The notes under the pieces were generated by a model. That model was not told the origin of the DNA, ran no database searches, and saw nothing but the letters and a program-made list of their open reading frames with translations. Below, piece after piece: positions 33,525-42,384 of a stretch of 64,000 nucleotides of DNA. Source of the stretch: Acidobacteriota bacterium (GTDB lineage: Bacteria > Acidobacteriota > Vicinamibacteria > Marinacidobacterales > Marinacidobacteraceae). The DNA lies in NCBI GenBank assembly GCA_009835985.1, contig VXWI01000054.1, forward strand, positions 10,412 through 74,411, given 5' to 3'. Each line of letters opens with the position of its first letter. The first letter of the stretch is position 1. The position numbers and the translations under genes were made by a program.

Positions 33525-34412
33525 GTGTTCCAAGGCTGCCGCGGCCAGGGGGCGACCGAACCCGTTCGCGCCCCGCGCGTACGCTTCGACCTGCCCGTGG
33601 GCGGGGTTCCCGGCCGGGACTGGGTGATCAACAACTATGTGGATCGGGATCAGGGGCCGGGCGTCCGCGACTACCGGGGGGGCCGCAGGAGCTACAACCG
33701 CCATCAGGGCACCGACTGGGACGTGCCCAACTTTCGCTGGATGGATCGCGGATTCCCCGTGCTGGCGGCCGCGAACGGCCGGGTCACCGCGACACACGAC
33801 GGCGAGTTCGACCGCAACGTCTCCTGCGGATTCCTCGGCATCCTGCAACCACCGAACCTCGTCGAACTGACCCACCCGGACGGCACGCGTTCGCGCTACG
33901 TCCACCTCCGCCGGGGATCCGTGCGGGTCGCCGTCGGGCAGCGCGTCGCGGCCGGAGAGGCGCTCGGAGAGATCGGAAGTTCCGGTTGTTCAACGGCGCC
34001 GCACCTCCATTTCGAAGTGCGCGGCCCCGACGGGGCGATCCTCGATCCCTTCCAGCCGAACCTGTGGACGGATCCCCCGCCCTACGAGAACGCGCTCACC
34101 GTGATGGACCTCGTCGTCCGGAACGGGCCGATCGAGAGCGAGGACATCCTGAAGGATCCACCGCCGAATGCGCAGCGGATCTCCCCAGACCAGACCCTCG
34201 GCATCGGTCTCTCGCTTGCCGGAGGATTCCCGGGCGACCAGATCGAAGTGCTGCTCGAGGGCGCCGTCCAGCCGGAAATCCTCGCCGTCATGCCCGGCGA
34301 ACCGCCGCATACCTACCCGTTCTGGAACCTGCCTCCGGACCGGCATCGCGGAACCCGCCGCATCGTCGTCCGCACGGGCGGCAAGGTCCTCGCGAGCCAC
34401 GAACTGCGCTGA
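33525..34412 (+). CDS. M23 family metallopeptidase (peptidoglycan endopeptidase type)
   Basis: HQGTDWD and GSSGCSTAPHLHFEVR Zn-ligand motifs. GTG start at 33525. The upstream in-frame sequence encodes a lipoprotein-like LLCLGVFQGC, so the true start may be a non-canonical codon near 33470. Confidence 0.75.
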   Translation: MFQGCRGQGATEPVRAPRVRFDLPVGGVPGRDWVINNYVDRDQGPGVRDYRGGRRSYNRHQGTDWDVPNFRWMDRGFPVLAAANGRVTATHDGEFDRNVSCGFLGILQPPNLVELTHPDGTRSRYVHLRRGSVRVAVGQRVAAGEALGEIGSSGCSTAPHLHFEVRGPDGAILDPFQPNLWTDPPPYENALTVMDLVVRNGPIESEDILKDPPPNAQRISPDQTLGIGLSLAGGFPGDQIEVLLEGAVQPEILAVMPGEPPHTYPFWNLPPDRHRGTRRIVVRTGGKVLASHELR

Positions 34413-34416
34413 TCTC

Positions 34417-34881
34417 GTGCGCCTCTGGTCACTCCATCCCCGGGAGTTGGACCGGCAAGGGCTCCTGGCGTTATGGCGCGAAGGCCTGCTGGCCCGGAAG
34501 GTGCTTGCCGGAGAGACCCGCGGCTACCGGAATCACCCCCAGCTCCAGCGATTCCGTGAGCACGCGTCTCCTCAAAGCGCCATCGCGACCTACCTGCATG
34601 CAGTCGCCGACGAGGCGGACCGGCGCGGCTACCGCTTCGACCGCGACCGGATCGGGACTTCGGAACGGACCTCGGCGCCCATCCCGGTGACGGCGGGGCA
34701 GCTGCGCTTCGAAGCCCGGCACCTCCGGGCGAAGCTATCGGAGCGCGCCCCGGAGACTCGCCCGCGGCGCACCGCCGGGCCGGTCCCGCCGCCACATCCG
34801 CTGTTCCGGGTGCGACCCGGCCCGGTCGCCGACTGGGAACGCGCCGGTGCGGCGCCCGAACCGCCTCCGCGCACCTCCTGA
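34417..34881 (+). CDS. Putative pyrimidine-dimer DNA glycosylase (T4 endonuclease V/DenV-like)
   Basis: GTG start giving MRLWSLHPRELDRQGLLALWREGLLA, which parallels T4 endoV [21 protein letters not shown] including the catalytic Glu position. Recall-based. Confidence 0.45.
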   Translation: MRLWSLHPRELDRQGLLALWREGLLARKVLAGETRGYRNHPQLQRFREHASPQSAIATYLHAVADEADRRGYRFDRDRIGTSERTSAPIPVTAGQLRFEARHLRAKLSERAPETRPRRTAGPVPPPHPLFRVRPGPVADWERAGAAPEPPPRTS

Positions 34882-35049
34882 TCCCCGGCCGCCGGCCGCC
34901 TCCCGGCCGGGGCAGTCTCGTGGCGGGGCTCCGAACCGCCGCCCTACGTTTGCGACCCTGGCGACGATCCCCATCAAAACCCCACTGTTGCCACACCCCA
35001 CTCGGTTTCCCGCGTCACACGGAGCCGTGCCCCTCCAGCCCCTTCCCGA

Positions 35050-35349
35050 TCAACGCCCCTCGGTCCGGCCGGCCTCCCGCGCAAACCACACCGCCGCCTT
35101 CTTGAGGATTTCGATCTCCTCCTCGAGCCGGCGAATCTTGGCCTTGGCCTCCCGAAGCTCCCGCCGCTCAGCCTCGCTCCAATCCCCGGACGCACCGTCT
35201 TCCGATTCGGCGGCCGCGACCCAGTTGCGAATGGCCTGCGCACTCGGATCGAACTCGCGCGACAACTCCTCCGGGGTACGCCCGCCGCGCACCAGGTCGA
35301 TCATCTGGCGCCGGAACTCTTCCGGATAGCGGCGAAGCCTCTTGGTCAT
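35050..35349 (-). mobile_element. IS3-family transposase OrfA (HTH) remnant, no cognate OrfB downstream
   Basis: MTKRLRRYPEEFRRQMIDLV...RNWV and a leucine-zipper tail (IRRLEEEIEILKKAAVWFA), typical of IS3 OrfA. The sequence leftward lacks an orfB. Confidence 0.7.
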
Positions 35350-35916
35350 TCTTCCCGGTCTCCAGAATCCGGCGGTTCGGCGCCGGTCTCGTCGCGGTGG
35401 CCCCAATCGCTCCTCGCACCCAACGAAAACGGGGTCGGACGGGATTTCATCGTCAGCCCGGCAATGTTACCCCGGTTTGGTGGCCAGTCAATGTTCTTGG
35501 GCGCGAAGCGGGGTCAGCCTTGCCGTTGCAACGGCCTAGGGCGGCGAGGGAACAGCAACCGCACGTCCAGCGGGCAGGCGCAAGCGCCGGATCCCATGGG
35601 ATCGCGCCGTCGGCCCAACGGGACCGGCGTTGGGTTTTTGGGTCATTGGGGAACCAGGACCTTGTGTAAACTATTGTGAAATTCGCGCACCGCCCTAGTG
35701 TCGCTTGGGGTTATTTGGGCAAGGCAGCGCTCCAGAAATGAAATGGATCCGTTTGGGTGAGGTAGACCGCGTCGGATCCTCCGCTCGGTGGAGCAGGGGC
35801 GCGCCGTCCGGGACGGTCGGCGGCATGTCGGACGCAGGCTCGGTTCGCCGGGCTTCGAAGGGCGCGCGAGGCTCGGCCGGAACACCAGCGAGGGTCACGC
35901 TGCCGGCTCCCGCGGG

Positions 35917-36336
35917 ATGGAGCGGGTGAAGGCCGCCACGACCGGCTCGGAGACCGCGCCGATCCGTAGCGACGAGGGTCCGCTGAGCGGGGTGGATCAT
36001 GAAGTCGTCTACCGGTTCATGGATCGTTACCGGGGAGAGCACCGCGTCGCGACCATGGCCCGGGTCCTCGGGGTTTCCCGGAGCGGGTACTACGCCTGGA
36101 AGACGCGGCCGCTCAGTTCCCGGGCTCGCACGGACGAGCTGCTCAAGAAGGAGATCCACCGGGTGCACGCGCGCCACCGCGGCGCCTACGGCGCCCCGCG
36201 CATCCACGGGGAACTGCAACGCCAGGGATGGAGAGTGAGCCGCAAGCGCGTAGCCCGGCTGATGCGGGAACTGGGAATTCACGGGCTTGCGCGGCGCACG
36301 CGCGACGGCGACCGGGGGCCGGCGGGCCCGGGATAG
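35917..36336 (+). pseudogene. IS3-family transposase OrfB N-terminal fragment (HTH_21 region only; DDE domain absent)
   Basis: YRFMDRYRGEHRVATMARVLGVSRSGYYAWKTRP...YGAPRIHGELQRQGWRVSRKRVARLMRELGI matches the OrfB N-terminus. ORF stops at 36336, directly abutting the convergent gene at 36355. Confidence 0.6.
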
Positions 36337-36354
36337 CCGCGCCGCCCGTTCGCG

Positions 36355-38946
36355 TCAGGCGGGCCGCAACTGCCGCCCGATCCGGGTCCACAGCCAGGGG
36401 ACCCGGCGCACGGAGAGATCGAGCAGGTAGGCGATCAGCCCCAGCAACGCGAGCAACGGCCACAGGGCGCGCGAGCGCACGACCCGGTCGCCGCCGGTGG
36501 CGAGCACCTGCGCCGGAGTCGGCGCCACGACTCCACCCGTCTCCGCGGCAAGCGCCGCCAGCGCTTCCTCGTCCGCCGGCAGGAAGCGGTATTCGTCGGG
36601 ATAGCTCAGGTGGAGGGCCCGCTCGAGGTCGGCGCCTTCGGCCAGGTCGTCCGGAAGCGATTCGCCAACGATGCGGAATCGCGCCGTATCGCCGGGACGC
36701 AGGTCGAGCGGCACCTCGGCCTCGAACCGACCCGGGCCGGTCTGGCGGATGGGGGTGCGGCCCACGAGCCCCGCGTAGGAGATCTCGAGCTCCGGCACCA
36801 CGTCCTCGGGATAGCTTCCGTCCTCGCGGATCAACGACAGGCTCACGTCGGCGGCGTTCCCCCGCCGTGAGACCTCGAACTCGAGATCGGCGCCCTCTCC
36901 CCGGCGCATCGCGTCCCGCACCACCTGCGTCCAGAACTTGCCGTAACCGTCCCATGCCACCCAGTCGGCGGCCCAACGATTCTTGCAGTCGGAGGTGAAC
37001 ATGGACGCCCGGCCGAGTCCGTACTGCCAGCGGGCGAGGAGCGGCTCCTCGTCGGGGCCTTCGAGGAGCACTTCCGCGGTGTCCTTCGCCATCGTCGCCA
37101 CGAAGCCCTTCAGTTCCGGGGCGGCGTCGAAGTCCAGTCCCTCGAGCACACGCGCCATCTGCCGCACCACCGGACGGAACGGCTCTTCGATCAGCGTCGC
37201 GTCGAGGGCGATCTGGGTCTCCTCGACGAAGATCTGCTGGACCCGCCCCGCGTCCCGGATGAAGTAGCTGCGTCCGTCGCCCCACTCCGCGATGTCCGAG
37301 AGCAGTTCCCGGTCGGCCTCTTCTCCCACCGCCACGGTCGAGATGGTGATCTCGTCCTCCATCATCCGGGTGACGAGCTCCTCGTAGTCGTCGGGATAGG
37401 TCTTGCCATCAGAGAGCAGGATCACGTGCTTGACCTTGGAAGGGCTCTCCGTGAGCTGTTCATAGGCGCGGTCGAGGGCGGGATAGATGTTCGTCTGGGC
37501 GCTCGCCTGGATCCGGCTGATCCCCTCCTTGATCCACTCCCGGTCGGCGACCAGTTGCAGGGGGATCGTGGTGTACGGGTTCCAGTCGAAGGTCACGACG
37601 CCGAATCGGTGAGTGTCCTCGAGCAGGTCCAGAGCGGCCTTCGTGGCCTCCTTCGCGAGCGCGATCTTCCGCCCGTACATGCTGTAGGACTTGTCCAGCA
37701 CGATCACGAGGGACAGGTCCTTCCACTTTTCCTCGATCTGGAAGTCGACCGGCAACGCCTCTTCCAGCACCGACTCCGAGTATCCATCCTCTCCGTAGCT
37801 GGATTCGCCCGCCGCGAAGACGAGTCCCCCGCCCTCGTCGCGGACGTAGGCCGCAACCTGCGCCATCACCGGTTCGGGGAGGCGGTCGGGGGCCACGTCG
37901 CTCAACACGACGGCATCCCAGGTGTTGAGGTCGAGCCGGGGAAGCGCGGACGCCGGGGCGGTGTTCACGGTGACGCCCTCGGACTCCAGCGCGCTCCTGA
38001 GGTACCGGGCGCTCTCGGGCTGCCCCTCGACGTAGAGCACGTTCGCCTCATCCTGCACCGGCACCTCGACGGCCCGCCGGTCGTTGACGGGCAGGCGGTC
38101 GCCGGCCACCCGGATCTCCGCTTCGAGGACCGTCATCCCCGGTTCCTCGATGCGCACCGGCACCGGGACCGTCGAAGCGCCGCGCGGGAGTTCGACCTCG
38201 ATGGCGGCCAGCACCTCGCCGTCGGCGAGAACCCGGATCTCCGCCGGTCCGCCGTTGGCCGAGAACACCTCCGCCTCGACCCCGGTCATCTCTCCCGCCC
38301 GTACGGCGGGCGGCAACCGGATCGCGTTCACGAAACCACCGCTGTCGCTCCGCACGCCCGACGGAGCCGGGAAGACCCGCACGCCGGCCTCCTTGAGAAA
38401 CGCCAGCGCCGCGGCGGTGTCGCCCTCCGTTTCCCTGCCGTCGCTGAACAACACCACCCGCTTCAGGCGGTCCGGAGGGAGGCGCGCTGCGGCGTGGCGA
38501 AGCGCGGCCTCGATGTTCGTCCGGCCCTGATCCAGCGAATCCGGAGGGGGAAGCCCCGCCGCCGCACCGCTGTCGAAGACCTGAACCTCCAGCAAGGCGT
38601 CCGCGTCGGGCACGGACACCGCGCGATCGGCGAAGGCCACGAAGTGCGCGTCGTCGCCGCCCAGCGCGCGGCTCGCCTCCCGGGCCCAGGCGACCGCATC
38701 CTGCATCGACCCGGAGGCCACGCTGCGGGACACATCCACCACGAACGCCACGGCTACCTCCCGCGATCCGGCACGGATCACCGGACGGCAGAGAGCGAGC
38801 AGCAGGAACGCCGCGGCGAGCAAACGCAGCGCCAGCGAGGCGCGCAGCCGCAGCTTCGGCCACCGGAGGTCCGACCTGAGCGCCACCAGCACCACGACCC
38901 CGAGGAGCGGGAGCAGGAGAAGCGGCCAGAGAGCTTCGAAAGTCAT
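36355..38946 (-). CDS. Large BatA-like vWA-domain membrane protein (N-terminal double-TM domain)
   Basis: N-terminal MTFEALWPLLLLPLLGVVVLVAL...RLLAAAFLLLALCRP. Multiple vWA MIDAS-like segments (VVDVSRSV, VIVLDKSYSM, ILLSDG). Confidence 0.7.
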   Translation of the reverse strand: MTFEALWPLLLLPLLGVVVLVALRSDLRWPKLRLRASLALRLLAAAFLLLALCRPVIRAGSREVAVAFVVDVSRSVASGSMQDAVAWAREASRALGGDDAHFVAFADRAVSVPDADALLEVQVFDSGAAAGLPPPDSLDQGRTNIEAALRHAAARLPPDRLKRVVLFSDGRETEGDTAAALAFLKEAGVRVFPAPSGVRSDSGGFVNAIRLPPAVRAGEMTGVEAEVFSANGGPAEIRVLADGEVLAAIEVELPRGASTVPVPVRIEEPGMTVLEAEIRVAGDRLPVNDRRAVEVPVQDEANVLYVEGQPESARYLRSALESEGVTVNTAPASALPRLDLNTWDAVVLSDVAPDRLPEPVMAQVAAYVRDEGGGLVFAAGESSYGEDGYSESVLEEALPVDFQIEEKWKDLSLVIVLDKSYSMYGRKIALAKEATKAALDLLEDTHRFGVVTFDWNPYTTIPLQLVADREWIKEGISRIQASAQTNIYPALDRAYEQLTESPSKVKHVILLSDGKTYPDDYEELVTRMMEDEITISTVAVGEEADRELLSDIAEWGDGRSYFIRDAGRVQQIFVEETQIALDATLIEEPFRPVVRQMARVLEGLDFDAAPELKGFVATMAKDTAEVLLEGPDEEPLLARWQYGLGRASMFTSDCKNRWAADWVAWDGYGKFWTQVVRDAMRRGEGADLEFEVSRRGNAADVSLSLIREDGSYPEDVVPELEISYAGLVGRTPIRQTGPGRFEAEVPLDLRPGDTARFRIVGESLPDDLAEGADLERALHLSYPDEYRFLPADEEALAALAAETGGVVAPTPAQVLATGGDRVVRSRALWPLLALLGLIAYLLDLSVRRVPWLWTRIGRQLRPA

Positions 38947-39051
38947 GAATTACGGAAGCGGCAACCCGCAATCCTAACGGCCGGCGGAGAACGTGACGTG
39001 AAGAATCCCGGCGTATCGGCTAATTTCGGTACACCGTCAAGGAGTTCCGCC

Positions 39052-41151
39052 ATGCCTCGTTCCCCGCGCCCTCTCCGCCGGATTGCCAACGCCGCATTCC
39101 GGGTTGCCCTGCTGTCCGGTCTGGCCTTCGGCGCGGCCTCCGCCCGCCCCGCGCAGCAGGCCGCATCCATCGCCATCGAGCCTGGCTCGCTGACCCTCGA
39201 GGTGGGGGAAACGGCCCAGCTCACGGCCACCGTGATGGACGCCGCGGGGAACGCGCTCACGGACGCCCGGGTGGTCTTCTTCTCCGGCAACCGCCGGGCG
39301 TTGACGGTGACGCCGAGCGGACACGTCTCCGCGAACCAGCCGGGGGACCACGAAATCACGGCGCTCTTGCCGGACGAGGCGTTCGACGGCAATTGGGACT
39401 ACTACAGCAGCGGCGACCCCGGTCTGCGGGCCTCGATCCCGGTGAGCGTGAGCACGCCCGCGCTGGCCGACATCTTCTTCGAGAACGCGCCGCCCCGGGT
39501 GTGGGCGGGCACCGAAGTGCAGTTCCCCATCGCGGGACGCGATGCGGCGGGGCAGGTCCGGCGCGGACTCGCAGCGGGTTACGCCACGAGCGACAACAAC
39601 GTCGCGGTGGTGGACCAGGTCGGGATGGCCTCCTTCCTCGCTGCCGGGTCGGTGCAGGTGGCCGCGATGCACGGCGAGATGACGATCTACCACGAAGTCG
39701 CGGTCCTGCCCAACCCGACCGCCCGGGTGAGCCTGGAGGCGCCGGACCGGACCGAGGTCCGCACCGGCGACGTGCTGCAGTTCCGGGCGGCCGCACTCGA
39801 TGCCTCGGGGAACGAGGTCGCGGGTCCGGCGATCCGGTTCGCGGTGGAGTCCCGTCCGGACCCGTTCCGGCCGGAGTCGCTCGGGGCCGGCGCCGCGGCG
39901 CAGGTCACCCCCGACGGGCGGTTCGTCGCCGAGCAGCCCGGGGTGTACACCGTAGTGGCGATGAGCGGCGACCGGCTGGCCCGCCAGACCGTCCGGGCGA
40001 TCCCGCGCAACGTGGAGCGCGAAATCGAGTTCCTCGGCCACGCCCGGGTCTCCGACCGGGTGACCGCGGACTTCTGGGTCTGGGAAGGCGCGGACGGGCG
40101 CGACTACGCGGTGCACGGCACCTGGAACGCCGAGGGTCACGCCTACTTCTACGACGTCACCGACCCCCGGAACATGGAACTCATCGACACGGTCCAGGTG
40201 GACGCCCGCACCGTGAACGACGTAAAGGTCTCCGAGGACGGGACCCTTTGCGTAATCAGCCGCGAAGGAGCCTCGAACCGGCGCAACGGGTTCGTGATGA
40301 TCGACTGCACCGATCCGCGCAACGCCACGATTCTGAGCTCCTTCGACCAGGGGCTCACCGGCGGGGTTCACAACGTCTTCCTCGACAACAACCACGTCTA
40401 TGCGGTCAACAACGGCCGGCGCTGGGACGTGGTGAACGTGGAGGACCCCCGCAATCCCTTCCGGGTCTCGCGCTTCGAGACGGATACTCCCGGACGGTCG
40501 GTGCATGACGTCTGGATCCGGGACGGCATCGCCTACCAGGCGGGCCGTAGCGACGGCCTCATCATGGTGGACGTGGGCGGTGGCGGCATGGGCGGCAGCC
40601 CCAACACCCCGGTCGAGATGGGGCGCTTCCCGCAGATCACCGGCTGGAACCATGCGGTGTGGCCTTTCCGGAGCCCCTCGACCGGCAAGCTCTACGTGAT
40701 CGGCGGCGACGAGGCCTTCTACCAGAATCCGCGCCAGCCGGACGGTGGCGGCATCCTCTGGGAGGAGGGCATCCCTTCGCGCGCCAAGGGCTGGCTTCAC
40801 TTCGTGGATTTCACCGACCCGGAGAACCCCGAGGAGGTGGCCCGCTTCGAACTCGCCGACTCCGGGCCCCACAACCTCTGGGTCGACTGGGAAGCGGAAA
40901 TCATGTACGTCGGCTACTTCGACGCCGGACTGCGGGTCGTCGACGTGTCGGGCGACCTGCTCGGCGACCTCTACCGGCAGGGCCGCCAGATCGCCCGCTT
41001 CTTCCCCGAGGACAACGAGGGGTTCCTCGCGAACGCCGCCTTCACCTGGGGGCCGCAGCCCCACAAGGGCACGATCTTCCTGGCCGACTTCAACAGCGGC
41101 CTCTGGGCGGTGCGGCTGAAGGATCCCGCAGCGGGCGCCGGGGGGAACTGA
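39052..41151 (+). CDS. Secreted protein with bacterial Ig-like (Big_2) domains and C-terminal LVIVD-repeat beta-propeller
   Basis: Signal peptide. Big_2-like segments (LTLEVGETAQLTATVMDAAGN). LVIVD-type repeats (GLIMVDVGGG, AGLRVVDVSGDLLGD). The track ORF 37426.. is an antisense artefact upstream of 39052. Confidence 0.6.
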   Translation: MPRSPRPLRRIANAAFRVALLSGLAFGAASARPAQQAASIAIEPGSLTLEVGETAQLTATVMDAAGNALTDARVVFFSGNRRALTVTPSGHVSANQPGDHEITALLPDEAFDGNWDYYSSGDPGLRASIPVSVSTPALADIFFENAPPRVWAGTEVQFPIAGRDAAGQVRRGLAAGYATSDNNVAVVDQVGMASFLAAGSVQVAAMHGEMTIYHEVAVLPNPTARVSLEAPDRTEVRTGDVLQFRAAALDASGNEVAGPAIRFAVESRPDPFRPESLGAGAAAQVTPDGRFVAEQPGVYTVVAMSGDRLARQTVRAIPRNVEREIEFLGHARVSDRVTADFWVWEGADGRDYAVHGTWNAEGHAYFYDVTDPRNMELIDTVQVDARTVNDVKVSEDGTLCVISREGASNRRNGFVMIDCTDPRNATILSSFDQGLTGGVHNVFLDNNHVYAVNNGRRWDVVNVEDPRNPFRVSRFETDTPGRSVHDVWIRDGIAYQAGRSDGLIMVDVGGGGMGGSPNTPVEMGRFPQITGWNHAVWPFRSPSTGKLYVIGGDEAFYQNPRQPDGGGILWEEGIPSRAKGWLHFVDFTDPENPEEVARFELADSGPHNLWVDWEAEIMYVGYFDAGLRVVDVSGDLLGDLYRQGRQIARFFPEDNEGFLANAAFTWGPQPHKGTIFLADFNSGLWAVRLKDPAAGAGGN

Positions 41152-41159
41152 GCGGCAGC

Positions 41160-41375
41160 ATGGCCCTGGACGAAACCGCGCCAGGTCTCGGCGGCTTCTT
41201 CTTCCGCCGGCTCCAGACGTTCCGGTTCTTCCTTGCGTCGCTCCGCTTCATTCTCTTCTTCCTCACGTCAGGGCGCGCGGTCCGGCGCCGCTATGCCGCG
41301 GCGGAGCGGTCCGGCGGCACGATCTGGCTGGACCACGGACCGTTCCGCGAGAAGCCGGAAGAGGGCTTCCGTTGA
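41160..41375. other. ~70-nt polypyrimidine (C/T) tract on the + strand in a ~70% GC background
   Basis: cttcttcttccgccggctccagacgttccggttcttccttgcgtcgctccgcttcattctcttcttcctcac, immediately upstream of the 4Fe-4S gene. Confidence 0.5.
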
Positions 41376-41385
41376 CCGCCTGCCG

Positions 41386-42384
41386 ATGAAGATCCGCGAC
41401 GTCCCTCCCGCCGAGTACGCCTTCGGCTACCGGGTCCCGCCACGTTCGGGCAACGAGATCAACGGGCACGGGGAGCGCGAGCCGCGCCGGGCAACCCAGG
41501 TGTTCCACAACGCGGACTCGACGCGACCCCTCGACTGGCAGGGACTCGACGACTTCTTCATGTGCGTCAACCCCTGGCAGGTCGTCCGGCACCGGCTCCT
41601 CAACAAGTTCGAGCTGCGGAACGAGCGGGGCCCGGTCGCCCGCCGGGTCGTGGATGAAGGCCCCGAGGAGAATGCCGCGTTCGTGAAGGAGGCCGCTCGC
41701 GAAGCGGGCGCGAGTCTCGTCGGAATCGCCGAGATCCGGGAAACGGACGTCTTCGAAGGGCGTGAGGCCCCGTACCGCACCGCGGTCTGCCTCGGCCTTC
41801 CGATGGTCCGGGAAGAGATGGCCCATGCGGCGCGTCCCCGGGGGGCCGCCGAGGTGATGCGCACCTACCGCCGGATCGGCCGCATCGCGATGCGCCTCGG
41901 CCGGGAGATCCGCCGCCGCGGCTTCCCGGCAAAGGCCTACGGAGACCCGAACGCCACCGACATCCTGCACATTCCGCTCGCGGTCCGCGCCGGGCTCGGC
42001 CAGCTCGGCAAGCACGGCTCCATGATCAGCCGCGAGCACGGCTCCAACTTCCGGCTTGCGGCGGTCCTGACCGACATGCCGCTCGCACTGGACGCACCGC
42101 GCGACATCGGGGTGGACGACGTCTGTGCCCACTGCCGGCGTTGCGTGATCGACTGTCCGCCCGACGCGATCCACGAGGAGAAGCAGTGGATCCGCGGGGA
42201 GCGGCGCTGGTACGTGGACTTCGACAAGTGCGTCCCCTACTTCACCAAGACCTACGGCTGCGCCATCTGCATCGAGGTCTGCCCCTGGTCGGAACCCGGA
42301 CGGGGGGAGACACTGAGCGACCTGATGCTGGCGAAACGCGAACGCGCGCACCCCCACCCCCCTACTCCCGAGGAAAAGCTATGA
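41386..42384 (+). CDS. 4Fe-4S dicluster domain protein (epoxyqueuosine-reductase/reductive-dehalogenase-like fold)
   Basis: CAHCRRCVIDCPPDA and CAICIEVCPW ferredoxin-type cysteine motifs in the C-terminal third. Confidence 0.55.
   Translation: MKIRDVPPAEYAFGYRVPPRSGNEINGHGEREPRRATQVFHNADSTRPLDWQGLDDFFMCVNPWQVVRHRLLNKFELRNERGPVARRVVDEGPEENAAFVKEAAREAGASLVGIAEIRETDVFEGREAPYRTAVCLGLPMVREEMAHAARPRGAAEVMRTYRRIGRIAMRLGREIRRRGFPAKAYGDPNATDILHIPLAVRAGLGQLGKHGSMISREHGSNFRLAAVLTDMPLALDAPRDIGVDDVCAHCRRCVIDCPPDAIHEEKQWIRGERRWYVDFDKCVPYFTKTYGCAICIEVCPWSEPGRGETLSDLMLAKRERAHPHPPTPEEKL

Noticed and set aside
35406-35916. Possible ncRNA or small gene in the 510-bp AT-richer gap between the IS3 fragments
   Set aside because: No ORF with RBS, and no recognisable RNA motif by eye. 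Most simply explained as decayed IS interior/termini and promoter remnants.
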